From Candidatus Thorarchaeota archaeon (lineage in GTDB: Archaea; Asgardarchaeota; Thorarchaeia; Thorarchaeales; Thorarchaeaceae), in contig DXJO01000008.1 of the NCBI GenBank assembly GCA_019057475.1, forward strand, positions 32,001 to 96,000: DNA of 64,000 nt, read 5' to 3'. The notes under the pieces were generated by a model. It searched no databases, was not told the DNA's origin, and saw only the letters and a program-made list of their open reading frames with translations. A program made the translations under genes and the position numbers. Below, in pieces: positions 19,307-30,258 of the stretch (position 1 is its first letter; the number at the start of each line of letters is the position of its first letter).

Positions 19307-21586
19307 TTGCGGAGATTTGCTCTTGCTCTATTCTTGGTTGTTGTCATAGCTTCTATGCCGGTTGCAGTAGTGCAGGCTATTCCCACATGGCAAGGTGGCG
19401 AGCCGGGTGTTCGGTGGTATATCTTAATGGGATATGACCCCACTCATTTTGCAACCAGCACTATTTTGCGGCAAGATGTGAGAGCACTCCACCAGTTCGC
19501 GGAGAGAGGTGTTAAGATTGGTGTTGGAGTGGGTATATGGGATGCATTTCCCAGTGAGAGTATACTTGACATATACTACGATGAGTCATGTCTGAGAAGA
19601 CTAGAGCGTCTTATAGATACAGTCTTCGAAGTGGATCCTGGACAGGGACCTGGAGTGAACCCAGAGAGAGTGTGGAGTATGACTCTCGGTGGGGAAGAAC
19701 CATACTGGCCAGCAGGTTACCCTGGTGAGAATCCGATATTCTTCCGTTTCAACGAAACATACCATACTGAGGTGGGATTCTGGTTCAAGCCTTTCGACGA
19801 CATGAATGCTACAGAGAGAATGGTTTTAGTGGAATGGACGAACGAGAAAGGAAATTGGGTTTTCAATCATATGTACGACTATGTCAAGGCAAAGTGGCCT
19901 CACATAGTGGTGTTCCAGTCCTTTTTCCCACCACACCCGATGAACTTTGGTGCAGTTATATTTGAGTTGAAAGCGGATGCTCTATCAATAGATGCCTACC
20001 TAGCTGGAGAGCGTGACAATCCTTGGTTAATCTACAATCCCCATCGGTGGTATACTACATTTGCCCCGGACAAAGAGTTTCACATGGTGCTTTGGGGGCA
20101 AGAAGCAGATGCGCCTCCATGGCTCTTCGAGGGAGAGCTTGGAGGATTTGAGCACATCAGGCGCAATGCTTGGGTTTCCTATCTTGCTGGAGCAAATGCA
20201 CTTGCATGGTTCGATTGGCACCCCTTATACGGGAATGGTTGGCTGAGGACTGATACAATGGGCAAAAGACTGTTCCTGTATGTGAACAGAATTGCTAATG
20301 AGTTACACAAACTGCCACTCTTCAGGGCAAGACCGAAAGTCCTCGTAATTGGTACAGATAATGAGTTCACTGGTCCAGAGGTTGGATGGCCCACTGAGCT
20401 TGGACTATTCACCGAGTATGATATAATGGATCATAGATACTTTGCAAAAGAGGAAGTCGACCTATCACAATATGAACTAGTGATTCATGGTGCCATAACA
20501 CGACGCGAAGAGTTCGTCGAAAAACTCAATGACTATGTGAGTGCTGGTGGTAATGTCGTTTTTTTGGGTGGCATTGGAAGTCGGCTGAATATCTATGAGA
20601 ATGCTACACGTGAAACACTAATTTCCATTGAAGAAGATTCAACAGAATACTGGATTGGAGAACACGTCAATATCAGCATTTCACTCCCGAATCTACTTGG
20701 ACTAGAACTAGAGTATGATGCTCACGATTTCGAGGGAAAAAAGCTCAAGACCCTTAATCTGACTGGAGACTACCATCCGGTTGGCGAATTCCACAGAATC
20801 TTGCCTGATAACAGCACAATACCAGTTGATGGATATCCTCTATTACTATATCATAACTCGTCACAACCAAACTCGGGATGGATTCTCTATTGGGGGATGC
20901 TTAAGGCTTCAGATAATGCAAAGTTCAACTGGATGAACAAGAACGATACGGCTCTTGTGAGGTTTCTAATACATGAAGTGGTCCAATCTTATGCGGTGAA
21001 CTTCCTAAACATGAATGGGTCGGTTTCGACTCCTGATACGGAACAGATGCTAATTACCCAATCGATGGTGGAGGAAGGGACAATCTTAGCGGCTCTCTCA
21101 AACTTCATGGTTGATTCATGGGAACAATACATGCCAGTGGACAAGGATGTGAATTACACTCTGGACTTAGAGCAATTCGACTTACCTGATGGAGAATACT
21201 GGGTTCATTCAGTGGACAAGAATCAATCGCTTGGTAGCTTCACATCAGACAATGCATTACTTGAGATTCCAGTTCATGTGGCTGCGAACGACACACGCCT
21301 CCTTCTAATATCCCAAGATAGACCACAACCGAATTACACTATCAACATTTTTCCACCTGTTCCTACACCTGAAGAAGTGGAACCCGCCACGTTGCTCTCT
21401 GAAGATACAGAAATCGTCAAATCTCCTTACACACGTCCTGTGGCTGGTGAAGCGGATCTATCAGATGCCGCAGTCAATAATCCAGTAATTGATGCCTTAA
21501 GGAACCCCGGTGTCGTCGTACTTATCGCCACTTTCTTGCTAGTTCAGCAACATTACCGTAAGAAACGGTTGGGAGTGGGGCGATGA
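19307..21586 (+). CDS. Secreted putative glycoside hydrolase-like protein, paralogue of 15787-19194
   Basis: Shares GGEEP, NETYHTEVGFWFK, MYDYVK, SYLAGA and LNDYVSAGGNVVFLG with the divergent neighbour. Signal peptide follows TTG 19307. Confidence 0.6.
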   Translation: MRRFALALFLVVVIASMPVAVVQAIPTWQGGEPGVRWYILMGYDPTHFATSTILRQDVRALHQFAERGVKIGVGVGIWDAFPSESILDIYYDESCLRRLERLIDTVFEVDPGQGPGVNPERVWSMTLGGEEPYWPAGYPGENPIFFRFNETYHTEVGFWFKPFDDMNATERMVLVEWTNEKGNWVFNHMYDYVKAKWPHIVVFQSFFPPHPMNFGAVIFELKADALSIDAYLAGERDNPWLIYNPHRWYTTFAPDKEFHMVLWGQEADAPPWLFEGELGGFEHIRRNAWVSYLAGANALAWFDWHPLYGNGWLRTDTMGKRLFLYVNRIANELHKLPLFRARPKVLVIGTDNEFTGPEVGWPTELGLFTEYDIMDHRYFAKEEVDLSQYELVIHGAITRREEFVEKLNDYVSAGGNVVFLGGIGSRLNIYENATRETLISIEEDSTEYWIGEHVNISISLPNLLGLELEYDAHDFEGKKLKTLNLTGDYHPVGEFHRILPDNSTIPVDGYPLLLYHNSSQPNSGWILYWGMLKASDNAKFNWMNKNDTALVRFLIHEVVQSYAVNFLNMNGSVSTPDTEQMLITQSMVEEGTILAALSNFMVDSWEQYMPVDKDVNYTLDLEQFDLPDGEYWVHSVDKNQSLGSFTSDNALLEIPVHVAANDTRLLLISQDRPQPNYTINIFPPVPTPEEVEPATLLSEDTEIVKSPYTRPVAGEADLSDAAVNNPVIDALRNPGVVVLIATFLLVQQHYRKKRLGVGR

Positions 21587-23484
21587 GGTTGAGGGTTTCA
21601 GGTCCGTTGATTGCAATCCTTGCGATTCTGCTATTCGGGCAAGTCGTGACGCTATTTGCTTTGTCCACCGATAGCAACGAATCTTCCTCTTCTGATTCCC
21701 AGTTGACAGCATACTCCCTACCTGATTTGAATCTACGAATCCCCTCTCTTTCAGAGGGTGATTGGAGTCCTATCTGGAACTCCACCTACGGAGGCTCAGA
21801 TTGGGAGGAAGCTTACTCAGTTGTAGAATGCGCTGGGGGCGGCTATGCAATGGCGGGCTATACATACAGCTATGCTGCCGGTGGATGTGATATGTGGCTG
21901 CTAAGAGTTGACGCGGCTGGTCGTCTTCTGTGGAATCGTACATTTGGTGGGACCAATGATGAAAGGGCTTACGATTTAGTAGAATGTAGTGACGGCGGCT
22001 TTGCACTAATAGGAATCACTGCCAGCTATGGACAAGGCGGCTGGGATGCTTGGTTATTGCGTACAGATTCAACGGGTACTAGTCTGTGGAACAAGACATT
22101 CGGTGGGGAGAACTATGATGAAGCTCGGTCCATAGTTCTGTGTGATGATGGAGGTTTTGCCATCGCTGGTACATACAGTCATGGTGTTGCTGGCTGGGAC
22201 TTCTGGTTGATACGTACGGATGTAAGTGGCAACCATATGTGGAACCGTACTTACGGTGGAATGTGGGACGATATGGGCTATTCATTGGTGGAGTGTAGTG
22301 ACGGTGGTTTTGCGGTTGCAGGAAGCACCGAGAGCTACGGTGCTGGAGAGTACGATTACTGGCTTGTAAGAACAGGTCCCAGTGGAGAACATGTTTGGAA
22401 TCAAACATATGGAGGGTTGGGTTATGAGGAATGCTGGTCAGTGCTGGAAAGCAAAGGTGGTGGCTTCGTCTTGACAGGAGATACAACAAGCTTTGCTACC
22501 CTTGACCCCTGTCCTTGGGTGGTTCGTACTGATGCAAGTGGGAATCACTTTTGGAATTACACTTATACATCTGGCCGACGGAGCCTCTCTCTAACCGAAA
22601 CTGGAAACGGGCACATTATCTTCACAACTACACGCGCTGGTGTAACGTTGGTTCGCCTTGACTTGGAAGGTCACCTTGTGTGGGATCATGATTCTTTCGA
22701 ATATACTTGGCCTCAGTCGTTGATTGAGTGTTCTAACGGAGGATTCGTAGTCGCAGGGCACAACGTCATTCACTTAGGTGGACCAAAGAACTACGAGTAC
22801 AACTTGTCGCTAGTACGGCTCTCTGACCCACCTTTTTGGGCTGAAAAACCCTGCAACCAAACAGTTGAGCTCGGCGATGTTTTTGAATATGAATTGAATG
22901 TTTCCGCAACTCATGGGGTCGATGCATGGTGGTTGGAGGAAGGAGAATCCCGCTTCTCCATTGATAACGAAGGCATAATAACCAATTATACTCAGCTTGG
23001 GATTGCAGGCTTCACAATCATAGCAGTTGTTAATGACACCCTAGGAAATGTGCTTAAGGGGAAATTTGACGTTCTAGTACAGGACACTACTCCACCTCTT
23101 TGGATAGAAACTCCAACAGACCAGACCATGGAACAGGGTCAGAGATTCTATTATGACCTAAATGCAACAGATCTAGCAGACCTGGATTCTTGGTGGGTGA
23201 ACGATTCCGCTCACTTCATTGTAGATCACTTAGGAGTCATTAGAGATAACGATGTACTAGATGTAGGAATTTATGGTCTTGAAGTATCTGTGAATGACAC
23301 TAGTGGTAATACGTTGTCAGCGAGTTTTGCCCTTGAAGTGCTTGAGATTACTACCCCCACGCCTACGACAACCACCATAACAATAGAGGATGAAGGCTTT
23401 TTGCTAGTAATCGCTGTCGTGTTAATCTCTTTCATTGCGATTGTCATTATATCGTCTTTCCTTCGTAAGAAACGGATTTCATGA
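21583..23484 (+). CDS. Surface protein with WNxTYGG beta-propeller-type repeats, Ig-like modules and TM anchor
   Basis: About six ~51-aa repeats WNRTYGG...SLVECSDGGFAVAG; W.E.P.DQ modules; TM followed by RKKR; ATGA overlap with the upstream gene. Confidence 0.8.
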   Translation: MRLRVSGPLIAILAILLFGQVVTLFALSTDSNESSSSDSQLTAYSLPDLNLRIPSLSEGDWSPIWNSTYGGSDWEEAYSVVECAGGGYAMAGYTYSYAAGGCDMWLLRVDAAGRLLWNRTFGGTNDERAYDLVECSDGGFALIGITASYGQGGWDAWLLRTDSTGTSLWNKTFGGENYDEARSIVLCDDGGFAIAGTYSHGVAGWDFWLIRTDVSGNHMWNRTYGGMWDDMGYSLVECSDGGFAVAGSTESYGAGEYDYWLVRTGPSGEHVWNQTYGGLGYEECWSVLESKGGGFVLTGDTTSFATLDPCPWVVRTDASGNHFWNYTYTSGRRSLSLTETGNGHIIFTTTRAGVTLVRLDLEGHLVWDHDSFEYTWPQSLIECSNGGFVVAGHNVIHLGGPKNYEYNLSLVRLSDPPFWAEKPCNQTVELGDVFEYELNVSATHGVDAWWLEEGESRFSIDNEGIITNYTQLGIAGFTIIAVVNDTLGNVLKGKFDVLVQDTTPPLWIETPTDQTMEQGQRFYYDLNATDLADLDSWWVNDSAHFIVDHLGVIRDNDVLDVGIYGLEVSVNDTSGNTLSASFALEVLEITTPTPTTTTITIEDEGFLLVIAVVLISFIAIVIISSFLRKKRIS

Positions 23485-23646
23485 ACAACCACGCAGAGTT
23501 CTCAAGTCTGGTTTCTACTCTTTCATCTCTCCGTAGGTCCTCTCATACGTTGAGGAGTCTGAGTTGAAGAATGCCACATTGAAGACCATGTTATCAAGAA
23601 CAGACATGACTGCTGGAGACGCACTGTTCGCTGAACTGCAGGTAAA

Positions 23647-26600
23647 TTAGACTAGGTACTTCAACATCTTCTGTAAATCTTCAAGTACGTCATAGCTTGG
23701 TGGGTCAACAAAGAGACACATGCGAACAGTATGTCCTTCACCCGGTTTCAACCATGTCGAGAAGTCCATTGCTCCACCGATAATCATTGTATTAAGATGA
23801 AGAGCTAATGACTTGTTGACTGGACTGTCCACGAGAATTCCGACACCATCTTCACCTCTGTTAAGCAGAATTGCATTCGATTTAGGCATAATCACAGCAG
23901 GAACAGGACTAGGACGAGTTGTAGTTACCCTGTCGTTCCATCTTGCAGTCATAATTGTGTCCTTAAGGTCACTACCAATGACAGGATCTACAAGAAGCGA
24001 AGGAAAGAACCTCATTGGTGCCTTGGTGTCGTTACGGATATTCAAGTCAATCAAAATGAGAGGGCTACCCGGCGCGGTGAGATACCTAAGTCTGAAATCA
24101 GCACCACGACAAGTCTGCTGGATTGTCCCCTTCCATCGAAGTTCCACACCTTTCCAGGTGCCTCTAATCTCGCATGATTTCGCATCCATTTCTTCATGGT
24201 TTGTCAGAGCTTTGGTGAGATCCTCGTCCATGTCTTCATCCCAAGCAAGGGGCTGCACACCACCAAAGTAGTTCTCAAGAAACTCCTTTGGTCTTGGTGT
24301 TGGAAAACTCGATGCAAGAAGGTCAACTGACCGGCTATTCTTCAAAGAGAAAAGGCACCCACCGTAATCCGGGGACACCTTGAATTCACATTCCCCATTA
24401 GAGACTCTGAAGACCTTGAGCCCCTCTTCCTCGGTCTCCTCTATGCTAATGGATTTACTTGAGTCACCAAGTTGTATCAATGCGAATTGACCCACAACGT
24501 CAGTCGCTGTGAAGAAACGCAGAGTACCCTTGTGAATTCCAAACCCAGATGGGATATGTTTTGCAGGCCTCAAACCTATTGAATATGTGAGTTCATCATC
24601 CACGACTATTTCATGTACACCCGATACTGGGGCCGCATCACCTAGGCTCTTACCGTCAGGTCCTTTGAGCTCGACAAGCCAACCATCTGGTGCCTCAACC
24701 ATTAGACCTCCAGGAATTGGTGGAACAGGAATCTTTCTGATTCTGAATTCGCCAGCAGCCTCCATTGCATGTGGAAGAACTATTGGCTTGGCTTCAAAAC
24801 CAAGGGGGTCATTTGCTTCGACATAATCTGACATCTCAGAAGGAATCATCACGCGACCGTCAACGAGTGACATCCAAGCACGACGGATAGCTCGCCAATG
24901 AGGTGCACCTAAGATGTTCCAGACTCGTGATACACATCTGGACTCACCAGGTTCGATTATGACTGGCTTGTATAGAATCCGATTGATCTGACCACTTGAG
25001 ATGTTTATTTCTTCGATTCCCTCTGGACTCCAGATTTGACCCACAGTGGTCATTTCATCCTGAATAGCTACCCATTGTTCTCTGAAAGAATCAGGACTGT
25101 TCGAGATACTTGGATAATTTAGCATGAAACTTGTTCCTGGAGCTCTAGCAATTCCAGTTTCTAGAGGTATGTAAACACTGGCTGTACCTCCAGCTAAAGA
25201 GAAACCACCGCCACCACCATTCATCCTTTGCTGCATTAAATGACTCTCAGTACTTGTATTAGTGACCCAAATTTCATGCGTTACAATATCTGAATCGTGT
25301 CTGAAGATTATCCGGTCTTCAACAGTCAAGGGGCGTTCTGGATGTTCAGCTTTCAAGGAAACATATGTTTTAAGGCTATCAGCATCAACACTGACTTCAC
25401 GCTCAGCATCTCTGAAGGGATTGAGACCGAAAGGTGGACCTATCTCACCAGCCATTCGGAGTGTAAGTACCACACCTCCACTCTGTCTATCGGATAGCCG
25501 CACGTAACCACCCTCACGAGAGATCGATGCTGTATACTTGTTTCCAACAACGACAACTCGCTTAAGCCGATCATCATGACCCACTGCCACATGGTTCCCC
25601 TCAATGCAATAAACAGGAACTCTAAACTTCCTGGTTGTGAGATCAACACTTTTCCCACTATCATCCTTAAAATCCAGAGTCATTGAAACCCAGAGATCGT
25701 GTGCTCCAACGCCTAGAGATTCATCAGCTTCTACATCTAGAATAACACCACTCAGACCCTCAGGTGACATCTCAATATTGATTTCTGCAGGAGTCACTTC
25801 GAGTGGTACACCATCTTTCTCAACACGAAGCTTGCCCTTCATCGGTTTCCCAAATCTACTGACTACTGTGATGGGTAAGGAAGCCCGCCCACCAGGATTT
25901 ACCACACACTGGCCCCAGCGTGTACGGATCTCAGCAGCAGGACGTATCTTGAGTCCAGTTGTGAGTGTGGAGTCATTGCCATTCACATTCAATCTGGTAG
26001 TAATTGCAGGAGTCTTTAGCTCCTTTCTGAACAGCTCTGCTGTTGAGTCAAGATGAAATGGCACAGACCATTCTGCTGAATCAGATGCTGCAAGTTTGAT
26101 CTTTTTCTTGGGAGCTGCTCCAAAGCGTAGACCAGAGAAGCCTTCCAGTTCGACCTCAATCGCAAGGGCATCATCAGTTTCATTCTCTATTTGCAGTGTA
26201 TAAACAGATGGAACACCACAAACTGTGAGGTGTTCTTTCACTCTTGCCTGAACTTTGAGTCGTTTCCCATCTATAGTGCGGCAAATTCCAGCTATTGATT
26301 TGCAGAGTCTGTCTATCGTGACTTCTAACGAATTCTCTCCGTCCTGAAACTCATATTTGTAGACTAGCATCCCGTCTTCGTTGATATCATCAGGAGCCTG
26401 TGCAAGGTCACGCTTTTGCAGGTCATACCAGACATTTGGTCGGTTGTATTTTGAGAAGAATGGCTCACTCAGAGGATGCTTCAGGATTTGAGGAATGAAT
26501 CCCTCAAGATGTACACCATCAGCTTCGGGGTTCCACATGAGACCTATCTTCTTGTACAACGGAACAGCACGGATATTGCCTGCCCATGTGTGGAGGTCTA

Positions 26601-26970
26601 CTCTGGTGAATCCTCTCTCTATAGCAATGGACATTGCCTCTAGCAGTAGCCGCTTACCAACCTTCTTGCCAATTGCTTCAGGCGAAACTCCGAGTAATCC
26701 GACATATGCAGCCTCAGTGTCCACCCAATGTTGAAGGAGCGAACATAACCCAACAGGGTGCTTGGATTGTGTATCCACAGCAACCAGGATTGCCTCTGAT
26801 CTCATCTTACTATAGGTCTTCTTGACACGCTCCTCGGTGTAGGGAACACCCTGTGTGAATCCACCAATCCATAATTCATCCCACGAATTGAACATAGCAG
26901 CAATTCCTGCTGCAATACCGTCAGAGTATTCCACAATCTCAATGTCTGACTCTTCGCTCATCTTATTCAC
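23647..26970 (-). CDS. Large protein with N-terminal GNAT acetyltransferase domain
   Basis: YVGLLGVSPEAIGKKVGKRLL...LHTWAGNIRAVPLYKKIG; about 950 aa of beta-rich C-terminal domains. Confidence 0.8.
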   Translation of the reverse strand: MNKMSEESDIEIVEYSDGIAAGIAAMFNSWDELWIGGFTQGVPYTEERVKKTYSKMRSEAILVAVDTQSKHPVGLCSLLQHWVDTEAAYVGLLGVSPEAIGKKVGKRLLLEAMSIAIERGFTRVDLHTWAGNIRAVPLYKKIGLMWNPEADGVHLEGFIPQILKHPLSEPFFSKYNRPNVWYDLQKRDLAQAPDDINEDGMLVYKYEFQDGENSLEVTIDRLCKSIAGICRTIDGKRLKVQARVKEHLTVCGVPSVYTLQIENETDDALAIEVELEGFSGLRFGAAPKKKIKLAASDSAEWSVPFHLDSTAELFRKELKTPAITTRLNVNGNDSTLTTGLKIRPAAEIRTRWGQCVVNPGGRASLPITVVSRFGKPMKGKLRVEKDGVPLEVTPAEINIEMSPEGLSGVILDVEADESLGVGAHDLWVSMTLDFKDDSGKSVDLTTRKFRVPVYCIEGNHVAVGHDDRLKRVVVVGNKYTASISREGGYVRLSDRQSGGVVLTLRMAGEIGPPFGLNPFRDAEREVSVDADSLKTYVSLKAEHPERPLTVEDRIIFRHDSDIVTHEIWVTNTSTESHLMQQRMNGGGGGFSLAGGTASVYIPLETGIARAPGTSFMLNYPSISNSPDSFREQWVAIQDEMTTVGQIWSPEGIEEINISSGQINRILYKPVIIEPGESRCVSRVWNILGAPHWRAIRRAWMSLVDGRVMIPSEMSDYVEANDPLGFEAKPIVLPHAMEAAGEFRIRKIPVPPIPGGLMVEAPDGWLVELKGPDGKSLGDAAPVSGVHEIVVDDELTYSIGLRPAKHIPSGFGIHKGTLRFFTATDVVGQFALIQLGDSSKSISIEETEEEGLKVFRVSNGECEFKVSPDYGGCLFSLKNSRSVDLLASSFPTPRPKEFLENYFGGVQPLAWDEDMDEDLTKALTNHEEMDAKSCEIRGTWKGVELRWKGTIQQTCRGADFRLRYLTAPGSPLILIDLNIRNDTKAPMRFFPSLLVDPVIGSDLKDTIMTARWNDRVTTTRPSPVPAVIMPKSNAILLNRGEDGVGILVDSPVNKSLALHLNTMIIGGAMDFSTWLKPGEGHTVRMCLFVDPPSYDVLEDLQKMLKYLV

Positions 26971-27233
26971 TCCGATGTCAAAGCCCCAGTTGGCACGAAG
27001 GTTGAGTAGATATAGGTTGGATGGTCACAGCATATTATAGTTATGAAAACTTGTGACCAGAAGAGTGACCACAATAAAGATTCAGGCACACACTATAGGC
27101 GGCCCAACGGAGCTATTCCCATCCCTGGCTCCGCTCCCTCTCCAAGATGCCCATGGGAAACCTTCTTGACTATCGGACGGTATTGAAGTTGCGGCGCTCG
27201 CAGTGAGCAGCGTGTCTAGAAGAGGGATAGGCG

Positions 27234-28199
27234 TTGTCTAGTAGTAAGTTGATGTCGGCATCCGAATCCGTGAAGCGTTTCGTCAATGGTGGCGACTGTC
27301 TTTCCGTTGGAGGCTTCACGATAAACCGAAACCCAATGGCCTTGGTCTATGAAGTACTCAGACAACGGACCAAGGACCTCCACGTTGTGATGCACTCCGG
27401 TAGTCAGGCACTGGACCTGCTCATAGGTGCCGGTCGAGTCAGTCTACTGGAGATTGCATATGGGGCAAATGGGCGGTTGGCACCCACTTGTGTCAGATTC
27501 AGGAAAGCCATAGAGCAAGGAACTCTGAAGGTCGAGGATTACACCAACTACCAGATGACTCTCAGGTTCATGGCTGGAGTCATGGGTGTTCCCTTCCTTC
27601 CAACCTATTCCTCCTTGGGCACGGACATCATAGAACGATGGGGGTTCAGTACCGACATGAGGTCGTCCAATCCTCAGCTTCCAAGGAAGAAGCTCGCCGT
27701 TACTGAAGATCCCTTCAGCGATAAGGCCAGTCAAGTTGTCCTTGTGCCAGCGGTGAACCCTGATGTCGCTCTAATCCATGCACAGAAGGCAGCTGAGGAT
27801 GGCACAGTCCGTCTGGAGGGATTGACCTTTGCAGACATTGAGCAGGCGAGGGCATCGAAGCATGTGATAGTATCGTGTGAGGAACTGGTATCTCCTGCTG
27901 AGCTCCGCAAGGAGCCGTGGAACAACAGCATTCCGCATGTTCTAGTCGATGCTGTGGTGCATCAACCCCTTGGAGCACATCCCACTGCATGCTACCTGCA
28001 TTATGACTACGACATGGAGCATCTCCTCAAATACAAGGAACTTGCAGACGATGATTACCAGTTCGAGAACTACCTGAAGGAGTTCGTGCTCGATGTCGAC
28101 TGCCATGATGACTATCTGAAACTGATAGGAACCAAGCGGCTGAAGAGCATCAAAGCTACTCCAGAACTGGGCTATGCGAGGAGGGACAGCGACCTTTGA
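27234..28199 (+). CDS. gctA: Family I CoA-transferase subunit A (glutaconate CoA-transferase-like)
   Basis: GGFTINRNPM, LDLLIGAG, GVPFLPT.S.LGTDI, PDVALIHAQKA, GAHPTAC. Confidence 0.85.
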   Translation: MSSSKLMSASESVKRFVNGGDCLSVGGFTINRNPMALVYEVLRQRTKDLHVVMHSGSQALDLLIGAGRVSLLEIAYGANGRLAPTCVRFRKAIEQGTLKVEDYTNYQMTLRFMAGVMGVPFLPTYSSLGTDIIERWGFSTDMRSSNPQLPRKKLAVTEDPFSDKASQVVLVPAVNPDVALIHAQKAAEDGTVRLEGLTFADIEQARASKHVIVSCEELVSPAELRKEPWNNSIPHVLVDAVVHQPLGAHPTACYLHYDYDMEHLLKYKELADDDYQFENYLKEFVLDVDCHDDYLKLIGTKRLKSIKATPELGYARRDSDL

Positions 28200-28966
28200 A
28201 GATAGAATACTCGCCGCTTGAGATGATGGCCATTGCCTGTTCGCGCAGAATCCAGGACGACGATATCGTGTTCTGTGGAACTGGCCTTCCTCTTCTGGGG
28301 GCCATGACTGCGAAGAAGACGCACGCACCCAACTGTGTCGTGTTCTTCGAAACCGGTGCCTTGGATCCTGTACTGCTTGAGATTCCGCTGTCGGTGGCTG
28401 ATTCCAGAGTTATGCACGGAGCATCCCATAACGGGGGTCTCGCAGATGCGTTCGCTTTCATGCAGAATCGATTCTCTGGTCCCAAGGTCTTAGGGTTGCT
28501 TTCAGGGGCGCAAATCGACATGTATGGCAACCTGAACAGCACGGTCATTGGTGATTCCAACAAACCTACAACTCGCTTGCCCGGAAGCGGTGGTGCTTGC
28601 GATGTTGCCAGCCTTGTGGGCCGCACAATGATCTTTATGAAACATGAGCGAAGGCGATTTGTCGAACACCTTGATTACTTGACGAGCCCCGGCTGGTTGC
28701 AAGGAGGCACCTCACGTCAAGAAGCAGGTCTCATCCGCGGAGGTCCTGTGGCTGTAGTCACCACGCTCGGTGTCTTGGAGTTCGATGAGAAGACAAAGCG
28801 AATGTATCTCTCGACGTACTACGCGAATGCGTCTGTTGAAGAGACCGTTAAGAACACGGGCTTCAAGCTGAGTGTTTCAAGAGCCAGACAAGAACCAAGT
28901 CCAACTCCCGAAGAGCTGGATGTTCTCAGGACCGCGGTGGATCCCTTTGGACTGATTCTTGATTAA
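28196..28966 (+). CDS. gctB: Family I CoA-transferase subunit B
   Basis: FCGTGLP, FFETG (catalytic Glu), GAQIDMYGNLNST, RLPGSGGA; overlaps subunit A by TTGA. Confidence 0.85.
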   Translation: MKIEYSPLEMMAIACSRRIQDDDIVFCGTGLPLLGAMTAKKTHAPNCVVFFETGALDPVLLEIPLSVADSRVMHGASHNGGLADAFAFMQNRFSGPKVLGLLSGAQIDMYGNLNSTVIGDSNKPTTRLPGSGGACDVASLVGRTMIFMKHERRRFVEHLDYLTSPGWLQGGTSRQEAGLIRGGPVAVVTTLGVLEFDEKTKRMYLSTYYANASVEETVKNTGFKLSVSRARQEPSPTPEELDVLRTAVDPFGLILD

Positions 28967-29023
28967 TAGTCCTGCACGCCTTGTAATCTGACAGGGGGTC
29001 ACTGGACAGATACAAGTGCAGCC

Positions 29024-29215
29024 TGTATGGACTGTGGAATGTACGAACACATGTATCTGGTTGGAGCTATCCATCTTATCGATCGAACTCCTCGCGTCAA
29101 CGCTCATCAATACATCAGATGTAGAACCCGTGTGACCGCTTGTCCGCAGGGAGCAATCCGTGTCGGGGAATGCGACAGGAATGCTTCGTTTGGTAAAGGC
29201 GCAGGCACGGATTGA
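29024..29215 (+). pseudogene. Decayed 2x[4Fe-4S] ferredoxin
   Basis: CMDCGMYEHMYLVGAI...YIRCRTRVTACPQGAI. Each missing Cys codon (TAC, TAT, TAC, CGT) is one substitution from TGC/TGT. Confidence 0.7.
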
Positions 29216-29278
29216 AGCGGCTTCTCTCAAGCGAAACATCACGAATGTTTTTTACGCATACAATCCAGGACTGACAGC

Positions 29279-29950
29279 ATGGCTGATGACTTTGGATTGA
29301 ATGTCAATCCCGAGGACGAATTGCAGGATGGCATCGTAACAGAAGACGAGCTCAGGAATCAAATGCAAAGAAAGCGAAACCGCAGCATACCTTTGGTCTT
29401 TGCTCTCGTACTGGTTTTTATTACGCCGTTTCTAGTCCCGCCTGTAGCAAGTGACATTACGTTCATCAGCACGATAGTTGTCGCTTACCCGATTTTCATG
29501 GTGGGCGTCTATCGACTAGCGAAGAGCTCGATTCTAAAGAACTTCCTTTTTGGTATCAAGATTCTGCGACGTGTGGGCCTCCCAGAACCGGTGATCACAG
29601 AGCAGTACGCCGCGACAAAGCGAGGAGCTACCCATCTGTTTGTTCTCCAGAATACGAGTTGTCTATACTTCGTCACGTTCACGCAGACTGAAATGGCTCT
29701 AACAGGGAAGATTGACGTACCCAAAACATTCTGGAAGTGGAATCCAACCGTGAGTATTGCTGGTCTGAAACTCCACAAGAGAGAAGGCCTTTTCTCAATT
29801 CCTACCCTTGAAAGGCAGTGCATCTCCGGTGAAGGGATTCTCTATGCTAGTCCATACTTGGGTACGGCGTACATGCTGCACGTTCCTGAATTCTCAAGGG
29901 AACAGCTTCTCGCCGTCGCGGAATATGTTTCTCAGCAGGTTTCAAGCTAG
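29279..29950 (+). CDS. Two-TM hypothetical protein, family member 1
   Basis: Shares W(K/R)W...REG.F..PT.E...SGEGILY...F.R.QLL with 30633-31301 and 34496-35164. Confidence 0.75.
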   Translation: MADDFGLNVNPEDELQDGIVTEDELRNQMQRKRNRSIPLVFALVLVFITPFLVPPVASDITFISTIVVAYPIFMVGVYRLAKSSILKNFLFGIKILRRVGLPEPVITEQYAATKRGATHLFVLQNTSCLYFVTFTQTEMALTGKIDVPKTFWKWNPTVSIAGLKLHKREGLFSIPTLERQCISGEGILYASPYLGTAYMLHVPEFSREQLLAVAEYVSQQVSS

Positions 29951-30041
29951 GAAGATTTGCCGAATTCAACGAGTTCGATTGGACCGCGAGGTGATGTACT
30001 ATTCATTCTCAGGTGCATAGAGCAGTCGAGGGTTTGAAATC

Positions 30042-30258
30042 GGTCTCATTCGGGGCGGCCCCGTAACATTGGTCACCACACTCGGTGTCTTGGAATTCGA
30101 TGGGACGACAAATCGAATGCATCTCTCGACGTACTATGAGAATGTGTCTGTTGAAGAGATTGCAAGGAACACGGGATTCAAGCTGGATGTAACAAGGGCC
30201 AAGCAGGAGCCAAGTCCAACCCCCGAAGAGGTGGATGTTCTCAGAACCGATGTGGACC
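30042..30258 (+). pseudogene. gctB: Displaced 3' end of a second gctB allele
   Basis: 217 bp colinear with 28727-28943: GLIRGGPVTLVTTLGVLEFD...DVLRTDVD vs GLIRGGPVAVVTTLGVLEFD...DVLRTAVD. Confidence 0.9.

Noticed and set aside
23490-23650. Possible methyltransferase 3' remnant (RVLKSG...)
   Set aside because: Only a five-residue resemblance with an internal stop; insufficient support.
27040-27230. tRNA or structured RNA in the GC-rich gap before gctA
   Set aside because: No cloverleaf, T-loop consensus or convincing long stems.
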